From the NCBI GenBank assembly GCA_951406725.2, contig OX597823.1, forward strand, positions 71,858,001 to 71,922,000: a stretch of DNA of 64,000 nucleotides, given 5' to 3'. The DNA is from Octopus vulgaris (taxonomy: Eukaryota). The notes beneath the pieces were generated by a model, which was not told where the DNA came from, made no database searches, and was given only the letters and a program-made list of their open reading frames with translations. Numbering within the stretch: position 1 is the stretch's first letter; each line of letters opens with the position of its first letter. Positions 1 through 13,740 of this stretch are shown here, piece after piece. The translations under genes were made by a program, and so were the position numbers.

Positions 1-84
1 TACTACTCACTGCAGTAATTAATCTATTACCATTGTAATTTTGAAGTGTATTGCGAACGTTGATAACATCATTAATTGTACTTA

Positions 85-495
85 CATCATCATCATTGTT
101 CGACCGTGGTCGAGACAATGGAATTTACTATGCTACGCCAGACTCCACGATCCATCATAGCATTACGGAGGTCCTGTTGCTGGATGCCTGTATCCCTGGA
201 GATTACATCAGGGTAGGAGAGTGTACGCCCTCTGGTATCCCAGAGGGGAAGAGTAAAAATTGCCTCGTTTTCAGTTCTACAACAATGTCCAGCAAACTGG
301 ATTCTCCCATCTTTCACAAGAGATGATACAGGTGGTAGTTTCCCATATATTTGTACTTTGGTTGGATGACGCTTCCGCGAGATATTTTGAGCTCTCATAA
401 GGAGGTGAGTGTAAGTTCCATCCAACCGCCTCTCAAGCTTCTTTGATAACGTCAAGGCTTCTGAGCCATATAGTAGAATTGGTTCGACTGTTGTA
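85..495 (-). mobile_element. RTE-clade LINE, 3' end fragment (C-terminus of RT ORF plus (GAT)n tail)
   Basis: Minus-strand translation TVEPILLYGSEALTLSKKLERRLDGTY...RIQFAGHC...AMMDRGVWRSIV has the LLYGSE / FAGH / DR..WR motifs typical of RTE ORF ends. The stop is followed directly by TGATGATGATG. Confidence 0.8.
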
Positions 496-530
496 CTTAC
501 ACTTCCACTCGTTATAGAATTTCCCCATGT

Positions 531-748
531 GAAAGGAGCTGGTGCCACGTAAAATTCTCTGGTGATGGTGCCCCGAAAAAAGCACCTAGTATAATTTGCG
601 GTGTGGTTGGTGTTAGAAAGGGCATCCAGCCGTAGAGACCAAACCAAAACACGCTATGGAACCTGGTGCGGCTCCTGACCTTTCCAGTTCCTGTCAAGCT
701 GTCCAACCCTTGTCGGCATGGAAAACAAACGTTAAATGATGATGATGT
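531..748 (+). mobile_element. RTE-related non-autonomous retroelement 3' fragment
   Basis: Contains GTTGGTGTTAGAAAGGGCATCCAGCCGTAG and ends GGCATGGAAAACAAACGTTAAATGATGATGATG, resembling RTE-derived SINE tails from memory. Confidence 0.55.
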
Positions 749-2364
749 TTCATGTGTGTGTGTGTGTGTGTGTGTATATGAAATGGTTAGTTTCCTGGAC
801 TATTAGCTTGGAATCAGAACCTTAGGCTACACTTTTCTGTAAGTTTCTTTCCGTTGTTCTCGGCATTCGCACTTAGACATTTACGAGAATCAATTGTCAT
901 ACTGCTTTCAAATTAGACAAGCCCTATTCTTTTGTTCAACATCTTTGGTAAAATTTAGTCCAACATAGATAAATGCATTCACATTCTTTGTTTTCCTGAC
1001 CTATTATCAGCTTTCGAACATGAACATACAGAACTCAGACAGATTTCTTCCTATCTTTCTGTTCGGCACTAAGCCAGAGGAAAATGCTCCTCTCTTTTAC
1101 GCAATATTTGACATAGCTAACATGTCTCTATTTTTTACCCGGAACTTGGCCAGTGGTACATGTGGTGTGCCTTTTCAGCAAAAATGTTGTTAAAAATGAA
1201 CAAAAACATATTTTTGAAATGTATTAAAATTGGAATCTTAATAAATTTTCTGTCAGTTTAGATGCTTGTTTAGAGTTTTGATTATGTAAACATTAGCATC
1301 ATTATAATAATAATTTAGAAGCCAATAGTTTGATTTACATTTTATTAGAACATTTTATGTGATTTAAAATTATAATGAAAATTCTATTTTACAAATGACA
1401 GTTTCGAATGAATTAAATAATTATGTGAACTGAATAAAAACGACATCAATGTCTATTGAAACATTACATATTAAATTTTTATATTTCCCAGGAATATTCG
1501 AGTTTACACTGGCGAACCGTTTCTGACACGTTAATCTTCGGGCAAACCTGCCTACCCATGGACTCCAATCGTCTCTCGCATTTTATATCAGAGAATTCCT
1601 TTCTCATCACACCATCACCATTTCGTTTGACCAATACTCTGGCATTCCTGGTGTGTCTTAAATTTCCATTTGTCCCCCACCACACGATATGTTTTTCCTA
1701 CTATACAACAGCAACCTACGTGTTTCTTTATCTTTTCTTTGCTCAAGCAAGGCCCATAGGCTAGTTTAGATGTATAATTTCTAGGAAATAGTGTGTGACG
1801 TTATTGTTATAAGCTCTCCATACTAATGTATATTTAAGGTGATAAATAAAGAATGATAATAAAATAATAAATGATTGAAATACGGTGAGATAAGAACTGA
1901 TAAAAGGACTGATGGAAAGAAAATGAGATAAACACGGTGTCAATAAAGAAGTTAATGAAACGAAGCTAACAATTGATGAAAATATGATGAAAATATAAAA
2001 ATGAAAGAAGTCTAAGTATTACGCTACAGAAAAAAATCATTATTTCCTTTTAACAGACCAGATGTTTCGGGAAAAAACGTATTTTGCATGAAACTTGCAG
2101 CGTGTCCGTAAGATATTCAGGAAGCCCTTTGTCTCTGCAGAATATACGAAGTATATATCTCTTATTTTCCCTGCGTTGCACATACTACAGACAGCATGTA
2201 TGGTTCAAATTCTTACCATTCAAGGAATATATACGAGGGCTTGTTGAAAAGTGTAATCTTTTAGCTAAGTTATACAAGCGTGAAACAATAAAGTTTACAT
2301 CTCTCCCTCTCTCTGTCTCTGTCTCTCTCCGTCTGCATCTATCTCTCCCTCTCTCTCCATCTGC

Positions 2365-2445
<81 letters not shown>

Positions 2446-2613
2446 GCCATATATCTATCCAAAATGGGACAAGAACGCAAACATCCGGACAGCTAGGTGA
2501 TACAAAAAGGGACAACAAAACATCCAGATAGACGATACAAAGAAAACTAGGACGGGTCATTCGAAGTTTTCTTTCCTCAGTCAAGTACCAGATTATCTTC
2601 GCAATTTCGGCTG

Positions 2614-2673
<60 letters not shown>

Positions 2674-2689
2674 AGAGAGAGAGAGAGAG

Positions 2690-2752
<63 letters not shown>

Positions 2753-2783
2753 AAGATAGATAGACAGGTAGATAGATAGACAG

Positions 2784-2817
<34 letters not shown>

Positions 2818-2819
2818 AT

Positions 2820-2851
<32 letters not shown>

Positions 2852-2852
2852 C

Positions 2853-2932
<80 letters not shown>
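2365..2932. repeat. Compound microsatellites (ATCT)n, (TA)n, (AG)n, (AGAT)n around a ~165-bp interspersed fragment (2452-2615)
   Basis: Directly visible tandem repeats. Confidence 0.9.
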
Positions 2933-2934
<2 letters not shown>

Positions 2935-3292
2935 CTTATAAATACTGCCTTAATATTGCAGAACATTCACTGACAACAAAATGCAAATTCCTTAAAATAT
3001 CCAGCGTCACTCAATCAATGACATCAAAACATCGTGAAGGAAATGCTGCACTGAAATATTTCAGGAACCCTTCGTAACATTTGCTCAATAAATATAAATT
3101 GAGAACTAAAGTATAAAGTGATTCATTCATGCAAAATATTCTTGTTTACCGAGAGATCCTGAAAAAAAAAGACTGTTACGTTACAGTGAAACATTAACAC
3201 AGTCTTTCATATGCTCATACGTCTGTTCTGCGAATCTAAACAGAAAATCGCTTGAAGTATAAATGCTGACAAAATGGGGAAATTGTGTGTAT

Positions 3293-3394
3293 AAAGGAGG
3301 AGAAATAAAGACAAATAATGATAAGTGAGCTGCATATTACCTCAAAGGAGGAGAAATAAAGACAAATAAAGATAAGTGAGCTGCATATTACCTC
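3293..3394. repeat. 51-bp tandem duplication (2 copies, 1 mismatch)
   Basis: AAAGGAGGAGAAATAAAGACAAATAA(T/A)GATAAGTGAGCTGCATATTACCTC repeated at 3293 and 3344. Confidence 0.95.
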
Positions 3395-4543
3395 AAATAA
3401 TCTCAGAAAGATTTCGGGCAACACAAATACACACACACACACGCCCCCACATATTCATAAGCTCATGCGAACATAAACGCTCAAACACCGACATGCATAT
3501 AGACACAAACAGACATGATATTCCCATCCTCCCCTTCGTTTCACTCTCATTGAAGAATATTAGTATCCATCTTCTGTGAATACCTGCTTGTATGAATGTA
3601 ATTACACAGCTTCCCCACCTCCAAAATATTTTAAGAAGCTTCTTTCCCCACCTGTGGATTAGGTTATTTACAAAAAATTAGGTTGTTGTGGTGTTGTTGT
3701 GGTGTTTCCTCTCGCGTACATTAACTCTCATATGTCCGTAGACATAATGCACACACAAACACACGCACAAGCAGATATACACATACATACTGAGACATAC
3801 AGACACACACATGCACATACATATAAACACACGCGCTGGCGCACATACACTGACGCACACACATATGTATATATATATATATATATATAGATGTATATAT
3901 ATACACACGCAAACGCATAAACGTATATATAAAATCTACAATAGATTTATGTATGATGTTTATGTAATAAACATGCATGTATGACTGTATGTAGTATATA
4001 TATATGTATATGTATGTATGTATGTATATGTCCATGCATAGGTAGAGTAACATATAATAGCAACTGTGCATCTGTCATCAGTCTGTATACAGAGCAATAT
4101 GCAATAAAGAAGCAGAATAAATGAAAATTGAAAATTGATGCTGATGTGCAGAAAAGCGTATTGACGACTCACTGGAGCTGAACATGTTTTGCCGTATTTC
4201 TGTAAATATGTGAACGATCAGTGTAGGTAGTACAGTTGCTTAGTAACCGTGGCTTAGTGATATAGAAGCCAAATGTCTTTAGAAATCCCCTATAGCCAAC
4301 GATGTCATTGAAGTTATTGTTGATTGCTTCACGTAAACCGAATTGATCAACAGGATCTATATTTCAAATATTTCAATTGTTCGGAAAATGTTTACATTAT
4401 TTTTTTTAAAAATCGTTCTTGTTGTCGTTGCTACATTGTCATTTGTACGACATGGATCAAAATGGATTTTTTTTTTCTATATTGAATCGCGATAAAAAAA
4501 AAAAAAAATGAGAAGGAAACCAAATGAATAAATAAAATCTTAC

Positions 4544-4730
4544 CTCTGACTTTCTCTTTTGCTGATTCATCCAAGATGGTTGTACTATGGACTTTTGAGT
4601 TCTTGTCGAGCAGTTCTATACACTGGTTGATGCTAACTTTTTTGCCCATGCATTGGATGAACACATCAAACTTTGAGCCGGCTTGCTTAGAAACTCTTGT
4701 TTCTATGTGCATCACTTGAAGTTTCGTTGA
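4544..4730 (-). CDS. TH: Tyrosine hydroxylase internal coding exon (second half of regulatory ACT domain), 187 bp, phase 0 to phase 1
   Basis: Acceptor ttttgaatAG at 4732-4731; donor GTAAGA from 4543. Translates STKLQVMHIETRVSKQAGSKFDVFIQCMGKKVSINQCIELLDKNSKVHSTTILDESAKEKVR+G. Joins in frame to the 36884 exon to give KVFE|STKLQVMHIETR, cf. vertebrate TH KVFE|TFEAKIHHLETR. Confidence 0.88.
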
Positions 4731-5134
4731 CTATTCAAAAAAAGAAAAAAGAAAACAAATTAGATAAATGTCAAAACAATCCAGGGTTTGGTAAATTCAG
4801 TTACTGCGTTCTTTAACGTGCAGGTTAAATTTTATAGTCGAATGAAATCGTAATTGTTTTTAAAAATGGAAATGATATCAATGTTTATTTATATGTGAAA
4901 CTCATCCCCTATAGTGTGAGTCTTATTTATGCTTCACTATTCATCCCTTTCATTTTAAACGTAGACTACCTCTGCAATATTTTCTTATATTAACTGAAAC
5001 CTAATGTAGATTATTACAAACTTTACTTAATTTCTTCTTTTAACAGAAACAGAATTAACTCCTAAGAGCGATACCAGAGTACTGTTGAAATTAAGAAAAT
5101 GCTGCTCAGTAAACGACGCTACTTTTATAGTAAA

Positions 5135-5532
5135 CTAGCAGTATCGCCTGGCGTTGCTCGGGTTTGTAAGGGAAATAACTATATAAGCATTTTTGGAGAG
5201 TTATAGCCAAAAAAATAGCAAAAAAATGCATTAAAAATGGAAAAAAAAATGATGGCAATTTTATTTTTAATCGTTGACTCATCGTAGACATTTTTAGAGA
5301 GTTACTTCCCTTTTTTTAATAGCGACAAAATGCATTAAAATGGAAAAAATGATGGTAATTTTTTTAAAAAATCGTAGACTCATCGTAGACGCGCGCTAAT
5401 ACCTAGAAGGGCTCGATATGAATCACGACTATAGATACCCGGTTTTTGTTAAACTGCACCGCAAAATGTGGGAGTAGTTAGGAATCTAAATCGTAGGAGA
5501 CAGACACACAACTTGACTTTTATATATAAAGA
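5135..5532 (-). mobile_element. Non-autonomous Helitron (398 bp), both termini present
   Basis: Minus strand starts a|TCTTTATATATAAAAG (5532) and ends with a GC-rich imperfect hairpin CCCGAGCAACGCCAGGCG followed by ATACTG-CTAG|t (5135). Inserted at A^T with no TSD; has an internal ~100-bp tandem duplication. Confidence 0.8.
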
Positions 5533-7078
5533 TATGTCGATCAATTCATAATTCAAGTGATGTTAATATTTCTGCTGTAAGTGTTTAATTAGATATCAAA
5601 TACAATATCTAAAAACGAATGAAATTCAACAACAAATTGCAGTTAGGCAATAAAATACATGTTCATTAAAGTAACTCACAATGACACGAATGAATTAACC
5701 AAAGGATTATCTAAAACGTCATATCGCGAAGATTTAATCGGGTACTGAGTTTAGTGCAGAGATACATATTTAAGAAGAGGAACGAAAGAAATTCTATTTC
5801 ACTCAACCAGAACATCTACAGCTTGAGGGTGAACGGAATCGACAATACATAGTCCTTGGTTGAAACTTCAACACGCTACGTTAATGGAAACTTCTCTACG
5901 AAGCACACATTCTCTTTGTAGTCTTTTCAAATGTTCAGAAATAATAATAATAATAATAAAAAAAACAGGTTGTATTGAAGGCAAGATAAAAGAAAAGGTT
6001 ATCTTAACGGAAATCTTCAAATAGTCTATGGAATAAGAACCCCGTATTCAGTAGGGAATGACAACTAGATTTAATTATAAGCTGTTATACTTTCAAATAT
6101 GAGCAGGCGGGTAAATTACTACTGCGCTAGATAATATTTTGAACCTTACAAAGTGTAAGTAGGCATGATGTACATTTGAATATGTGTGCATACATACATT
6201 TGTATATACTTTTCTCTAATGTATAGCGGCAGCGTAAACAAACTATGAAATGACTATCTTTCTTTCTGTCGCGTAGTATCTACTACTTCTGTCCTCGTGT
6301 GTGCGTGTTTGTGTTTGTTTGTGATCGCGTGTTTGTATGCGCCTCTCTTTCCTCACTTTTTCTTCGTTAACAACAACATGGCTGTCGTATTTTCGTGTTT
6401 ATTGTCTCCTACATTTATTTATTTACTTGTTTCTTTCTTTTGGTTTTTATATAACTTTTATTGTATAAATTCTTTTATGGTGTGTTTTTTACCTGACAGT
6501 CACCTTTTCTGAAAGAATTCTTTTCTTTATTTGAAATTTCTGTCTTCTATTGAAGTGGTGCATATTATTATTGCTACCTAAACAATTGTAAAAATATGAA
6601 ATTTTTAAATAAATATATCTTTCTCGCATTATATAATCTATATCATGCAACCAATAAACTCAAGCCATAGGGCAACGTATATATATAGCATGAGCTACTT
6701 TTCTAGCAGCATTTTCGTATTGTAATAGAACATAGTGAGCTCTAATCAAATCCTTACATGTTAGTTATTTAGACACATATTATATTATATCATATGTGTG
6801 TATGTACATGTGTGTGTGCGCGCCTAATTATGAATGCAGAGTAGAATAAAAGTATAAAGTGGCAAAGTTCAGATTGCGACATTTATACATTTATACATCA
6901 ACACATGTAAATAGAACTGAAGGCTAAATGTTACAGGTGGTCGATAAGAGATCAGTTGAGGAATGCTCATAATGGTTATAGTATATGCTGTTTTTTTCCC
7001 CCTGAGTAGCTATGCGGTAAGACCAAATTATTGGTATTAGGTTTAATTAGTCATCATAGCTAGAATCCAGCTTTGAAT

Positions 7079-7166
<88 letters not shown>

Positions 7167-7171
<5 letters not shown>

Positions 7172-7410
7172 AGGCACATGGCCTAGTGGTTAGAGCAGCG
7201 GACTCGCGGTCGAGGAACCGCAGGTTCGAATCTCAGACCGGACGACGAGTGAAATACCCAAGCTCCACGCGGCTCCGGCAGAAGGTAATGGCAAACTTCA
7301 GCTGCATCTTGCAGCTCACCTTCGACGGACTGGCATCCCGTCCAGGTGGGGAACCTATACGCTAAGGAACCCGGCCCTAAGGGCCAGGCATGGCTCTCAA
7401 AGGAACAAAC
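7167..7410 (+). mobile_element. tRNA-derived SINE, family C (tRNA-Arg-like head)
   Basis: A box TGGCCTAGTGG, TCG anticodon-like loop, B box GGTTCGAATCTC. Body GGACTGGCATCCCGTCCAG is shared with copies at 10263, 23512, 36461 and 43403. Confidence 0.85.
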
Positions 7411-7787
7411 AAGATATATATATATATAAATGCGTGTGTGTGAGTGTGTGTGTGTGTGTGTGAATACGTGTGTGTCTGTGTGTGTGTGTGTATGTTGATA
7501 AATAGATAGACAGATAACGTCAATAGATAAGATTTTAAATAAGACCAAAGAAATAGGACATATCTTCCTACGGGAATTAAATCAGGTATTTATCGTATCC
7601 AGGCCGACCTCTTATCGATTACAGAAAGGATGTTCTAACGAATTAATTTGTCAAATTATCATTTATAAACATTCAACAACATTACGTCACCTCCCCCACT
7701 TGGGATTGACACATCGTCTAACTAACAGTATGTTAAATTCCATTTTCTCTTAGCCTGTGCACGTAGATATCATACTCTCTCTTTCTT

Positions 7788-8184
7788 CTCTCTTTTACTT
7801 GTTTCAGTCATTTGACTGCGGCCATGCTGGAGCACCACCTTTAATCGAATAACTCGACACCAGGACTTATTCTTTTGTAAGCCCAGTACTTATTCTATCG
7901 GTCTCTTTTGCCGAACCGCTAAGTAACGGGGACGTAAACACACCAGCATCGGTTGTCAAGCAATGCTAGGGGGACAAACACAGACACACAAACACACACA
8001 CGCATATATATACATATATAAGACGGGCTTCTTTCAGTTTCCGTCTACCAAATCCACTCACAAGGCATTGGTCGGCCCGGGGCTATAGTAGAAGACACTT
8101 GCCCAAGGTGCCACGCAGTGGGAATGAACCCGGAACCATGTGGTTGGTAAACAAGCTACTTACCACACAGCCACTCCTGCGCCT
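7788..8184 (-). mobile_element. tRNA-derived SINE, family A, full length
   Basis: Head AGGCGCAGGAGTGGCTGTGTGG..CCGGGTTCATTCCC, central CCTTGGGCAAGTGTC, internal (TA/TG)n, tail GACTGAAACAAGTAAAAGAG. Many homologous copies in the window. Confidence 0.9.
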
Positions 8185-10262
8185 TTATATTTGCATTTAT
8201 ATTTTTAGCCGTTCACTTTATAGCTAATTACTATTCATAATCTTTGAGTTTGCTCTGATCATAAGCAATGAATGTTGAGTGTAAATACCGAGCTGTGCTT
8301 TACAGAATTGTTGTTGGTGGTTGAGAGTCTTACCAAATCATCTATTATTTTCATGTAATAAAGGGTGATTACCAGCTCACGGTTCGATTGTGACTCACGA
8401 GCTGTGTATTATGACTAGTGTGCAAAACCCTTCCTCACACAAGTCATTCACAACCCATTACGCATCTTTCTGAGCGTTGCACGCAAATGTTTATATGTGT
8501 GTCAGCATGTTTGAATAGCAGTGAATTTCGTTATACTTTCATGAATAACTATAAACTATATATCATCATATATATACTTCAAGAACCTCTTCAATGGAAT
8601 TATGTATGAATCTCTCTTTCGTACCACATTCTCCTTTCTCTTCCCCTATTTTTTTCTGCATAATTCTTCTCTCTCTTCTAGGTCTATACATAATTCAATT
8701 TTGACACTACCATACGCTGTAGGTTTTTAGTTCACTACTTTCTCTCACACCAAATCTCTCTCTCGCTCTCTCTCTTTCTCTCTCTCTCTCTTACATACAC
8801 ATATATACTTTCTCTCTTTTTAAACACTTTCTTTCGCTGTTCACTTGATCTCCAAATTACAATATTTCATTTCTATCGCTTTCTCCTCTCCTCTCTGCTT
8901 CACAAAATCCCAATCTCCCATATCTTTATTATTTCTTTTTATCTCATCCAAACTCTCTTTTCCTCTGCTTGTCTCTCTTCATCTCCATCCTTCCTTCACT
9001 CTGTTTCTCACTACCTTGATCGTCCTATTACTCTATCTCTCTCTCACACACATTTTCTCTCTCTCTCTCTCTCCCTCTCACTCTCTCTTTCTCGTTCTCC
9101 CTTGTATGCTGGTTAGTCTCTTTTATTTACGTTGTCAATCTGTCCCAATACTTATTTATACATCTTAATCTCTAAAGTTCCTCCTTATCTCCTGCCATTC
9201 TCCACCCTCTAGCTCTCTGTGTGTGTGTATATATATATATATATAAAGAGAATATAAGTTGTATGTATGATAAAAAAAAAATAATCCTTAACAAATTGAC
9301 TTTGTAAGAGATGGAGTATGAGAGAGAAAAATGAAAGAATGAAAAGTAAAACGCAAAACAACAAAAACAAAACAAAAAAGAACGAAAACAATGTCTATGT
9401 GAGCGTGTCAGTGTGTGTGTGTGCGTATACGCACACACACACACGCTCAGATATATATGTATTTATATATAGGCAGATTAAAGATACACATATGCAGCAC
9501 ACACTCACACACACGTTTCCATTTTCAGTCGCATCTTAACTTTCACGGTATTTTTTCTCTCCCCCCCTCTCTATATCAGCCACAACCTCATCTGCTTTGT
9601 TTATTTGTAAGTTTTTATTATCGCACACGGCACTAGAATCCTTTTCATGTGAAATGTCAAGTACACATATCAAAGCATGAAGATTCTTTAATTTACAATA
9701 CTTGTCATGTCGCGTGTGGGACCCTGAACACCAAGACTAGACGAAAGCAAATAGTGATTTTCAACTTTTCGTGTTCATTGACAATATTATCAACAAGACG
9801 TTGATCTCAATCAACAAGAACATCAACAACACTAACAAAAATATACAGTAAGTTCTAACAAAGAAGAATGATAAAAAAATATATGTTGCTGCACCAACAA
9901 AATGACAACAATAGCGCCACCTACTCCTACAATAATAACATCAACAATATTACTAATGTAGAAAGAAAAAGAAAAGATAATAGATATAAGAACTATGAAA
10001 CTACTACTGCGAAAATCAACACAAACCATATGATAATTCTTAGAAATTAGTTGCCACTAAAATAAGGATTATAACGGAAATACGGCAAGGAATAGTAAAA
10101 TTATGCAAGCAACAAAACAATACTAATTTACTAAGAAAAGAAAGAACTTTTCCCAAGAAAAACAGCAGTAAACTTGTGACTATTTACAAAAAACAAAAAA
10201 AGGTTTGTTGCAACACCAATAACAACTACACTAGACTAATAAACTTAAGCATTACAATATTA

Positions 10263-10527
10263 AATAAATAAATAAATAAATGCGCTCTTTTAAAGCCTAG
10301 CCAAGGTCATGGGCCCGGTTTCCCGGTTTCTATGGCGTATGTGTTCCCCAGCTGGACGGGACGCCAGTCCATTGCAGCGCTACTCATTTTTGCCAGCTGA
10401 GTGAACTAGAGCAACGTGAAATGAAGTGTTTTGCTCAAGAACACAATGCGACGCCCGGTTCAGGAATCGAAACCTCAATCTTACGATCATGATGCTGACA
10501 CCCTAACCACTAAGTTACGCGCCTCCA
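10263..10527 (-). mobile_element. SINE, family C variant, with 13-bp TSD
   Basis: tRNA-like head at the 10527 end, family C tail, (TTTA)n terminus. Direct repeat CATTACAATATTA at 10250-10262 and 10528-10540. Confidence 0.85.
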
Positions 10528-11855
10528 CATTACAATATTAGTAGCAATAAAAAGCCTAAAAGCTAAGGATGAGGTGCAGTTGTAATAACAACAATAATAA
10601 CCAGTAATAATAACTGTAATTTCAGTGATAACAGAAATTAAACAAGAAAATGAATGCAATGTGTATATAACGTTAGAAAAAAGATAAGACACGAATTAGA
10701 GGGAATACCTCGAGAACAATAACAGAAAGAAAGAAAGAGAAAAATAACGAAATCCTTAACAATATTTTTCTGCTCCTCCTTCGCCTCATCATCATCCCCG
10801 GCAACAGCAGTAATCACTATCAGCTTCACAACATCCACAATAGGGAGATGAGTTACAACGAAAAAGACACCACATAGATGTACAACGATGAAACAAACTT
10901 TTCCTCCAACACACACAACAATCAAGTGTAACCACCACCACCACCACAACTACAAACGCAACAACGTCAGCAGTAGAGCAGTAACAGGAACTACAACAAC
11001 ATCAACGAGAACAACAACAATAAGGGCAATAGCAACAGCAACAATAACGGTAGTAACAATAACAATGAGGGAGTGAATACCTACAAATGCATGTTAAGGA
11101 AGCAGAACGAGAAAGAAAATTCTACGTATGTGCAATATTATGAAGAAACTGAAAGCAACCTGATGAAGAAATGCCACCATGGACACAACAATAGTAACAA
11201 CAGCAACATGCATAATAAAAGTAAAACAAAGAAAGAAACACACGGGATTAACAACAGCGATTGGAAGATTTGTTACAATAAAAAATAAGCAAACAAATAG
11301 TATTAATGCTTTAACATGAGCCACAACAGCATCAGTAAAACCCAACAACAACAAGAAGAAGAGAAATAACAACAGGAAGGTTCTGAACGTCAATAGAAAC
11401 AACAGTAAACAAATCTATGGTTGATAACACTGAAGTAGATCGTCTTCACCTATTTCAAAAAAACCAAGCACGAGTTGAGGATGAAGGGATGACCAGAGAA
11501 GTGGGTTGAATAAAATTAAATTACGAATTATTACAGATTACCAATTCATGTGAGATAGATATGGCCGCTGGTGGAGAAGCAGATGCCGTTAAGATGTCGT
11601 AAAAGAAAACTGTTAAAGCATCGACAGAGTTCATGGTGATAAGATTTGATAGAGAACATATGAGGACTATAAATAATAACTTAGGGAGAGAGAGGGAGAG
11701 AGAGAGAGAGAGAGATAGAAAGAGAAAGAGAAGGAAAGAAAGAGAGAGAGAGAAAGGGGAGAAAGAGAAAGAAAAAATAGAAAACTGAACAAACAATAAC
11801 AACAAAAACTTTCGTATTTGCGAATAGATTTAAGCAAAACTTCTATGCTTATCAT

Positions 11856-12041
<186 letters not shown>

Positions 12042-12259
12042 GTGCGCGTGTGTTTAAAACCGCAATTTAAACCATATGTTAGTGTATGTGCGTGTATGTA
12101 TTAGTCTGATTATAGATGCATACAAATATGTACATTCATGTGTCTGTCTCTTTTATAGCTGTATTTGAAGTGCTTCGAGAACCGTTATTGAAAGAAAATG
12201 ATTTTCTCTTGCAAGTTTGAAAGTTAGAAAGTTTATAACATTCTTAGGACGTGCATATG

Positions 12260-12300
<41 letters not shown>

Positions 12301-12833
12301 CATGTGTTTGCGTCTGTGTGTGTATTATGTAGGTAGCTGGGTTGTCAGGTAAAAGTGCGTGGGGTAAAGCAAGAGCGATGAAAGCATATAAATAACTGAA
12401 CGTTTACGGCCCACATACACAAACCTATGCATATATGTATACACGTAATTATTCGTTCACTTGATTGAAAATATCGAGGTGGTATATATATATAGTCGTA
12501 TATGACTTTATCACAAAATAAATAATATGCAATGTCCTGGTGTTGCTGGATGCATATGAATGTGCATGTAGATAATACATGCATGTGCATGTTTCTGAAT
12601 AGTGTCAAAGTAAAAGTAGTGTCTCTATTTGACTGAGCAGTTCTGGTCGTTGACTGAACATATGAGGTCTTTCATGTCATTGGCTGATATTTGAAGAGTT
12701 GTAAAAGATGCCATAAGATAAAAATCATGTGGTTGATTTCTCTCATTTATCTTGCCATCGCTCCCACTCTCTCTCACTCTCTGTCTCTGTCTCTTTCTGT
12801 CTGTCTGTCTCTCTCTTCTCTCTCTTTCTCTCT

Positions 12834-12886
<53 letters not shown>

Positions 12887-13116
12887 AGAGAGAGAAAGAG
12901 AGAGAAGAGAGAGAGAGAGAGAGGGAGCGAGAAAGAGGCGGAAGCACATGACCATATATGCACACACGTATACACACAAACACATGAAATGCAGACAACA
13001 TACATACATACGTACATACATACCTGCATGCATGCATACATTCATACGTGCATACATACATACATACATACATACATACATACATACATACATACATACA
13101 TACATACATACACATA

Positions 13117-13253
13117 TGCTCCTACGAAATCGAGCTGGTGAGTATGTTAGATAATAAGACATTAAGACAATATAACTCTCCCAAGACACAAAAATATTTG
13201 CTTCAACACACGAATTCACATATAGAAACTCGCAAACCAGATACAAAAACGAA

Positions 13254-13309
<56 letters not shown>

Positions 13310-13601
13310 TATTGTGTTTGGGGAGAGTCATTTTCTTTTTGTGCCTTATTATGTAACACAATCACCGGTAGAATTTCCACTTTGTTTCTTATTTTTATTT
13401 TCCTAAAATTTTCGTTGCGTCTTGCAACCTTTTCAATAGTTTTGGAACTATTGAAAAGGTTGCAAGAAAAAAGTGGAAATTTTACCGGTGAGTGTGTTAC
13501 ATAATAAGGCACAAAAAGAAAATGACTCTCTCCAGACACAATAGAATATGCTTCAACATACGAACTCATATAAAGAATCTTGCAAGCCAAATCCAAATAC
13601 G

Positions 13602-13604
<3 letters not shown>
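13117..13604. mobile_element. Three fragments of one repeat family (probably Penelope-like terminal repeat); two form an inverted pair 13309-13441 / 13447-13544
   Basis: CTATTGTGTTTGGGGAGAGTCATTTTC...GCAACCTTTTCAATAGTT is mirrored by AACTATTGAAAAGGTTGCAAG...GAAAATGACTCTCTCCAGACACAATAG. A diverged third copy lies at 13117-13255. All are embedded in (TA)n. Family assignment is inference. Confidence 0.6.
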
Positions 13605-13653
<49 letters not shown>

Positions 13654-13740
13654 AGTTTGGCCATGGGCTCTTAGGAGCCTCGTTCGATTTGTTTTGCTCC
13701 GCCTCTGTTCTGTTTTTGTTTTTTCCAACGGATTTCCTAT

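Noticed and set aside
780-1000. VNAFIYVGLNFTKD, reminiscent of an RT thumb motif
   Set aside because: Single weak motif with no supporting context.
2452-2615. Interspersed fragment with minus-strand CTGAGGA-AAGAAAACTT-CGAAT
   Set aside because: No GAAA/UH geometry or stem I. Possibly a Penelope-like remnant, but not supportable as a ribozyme.
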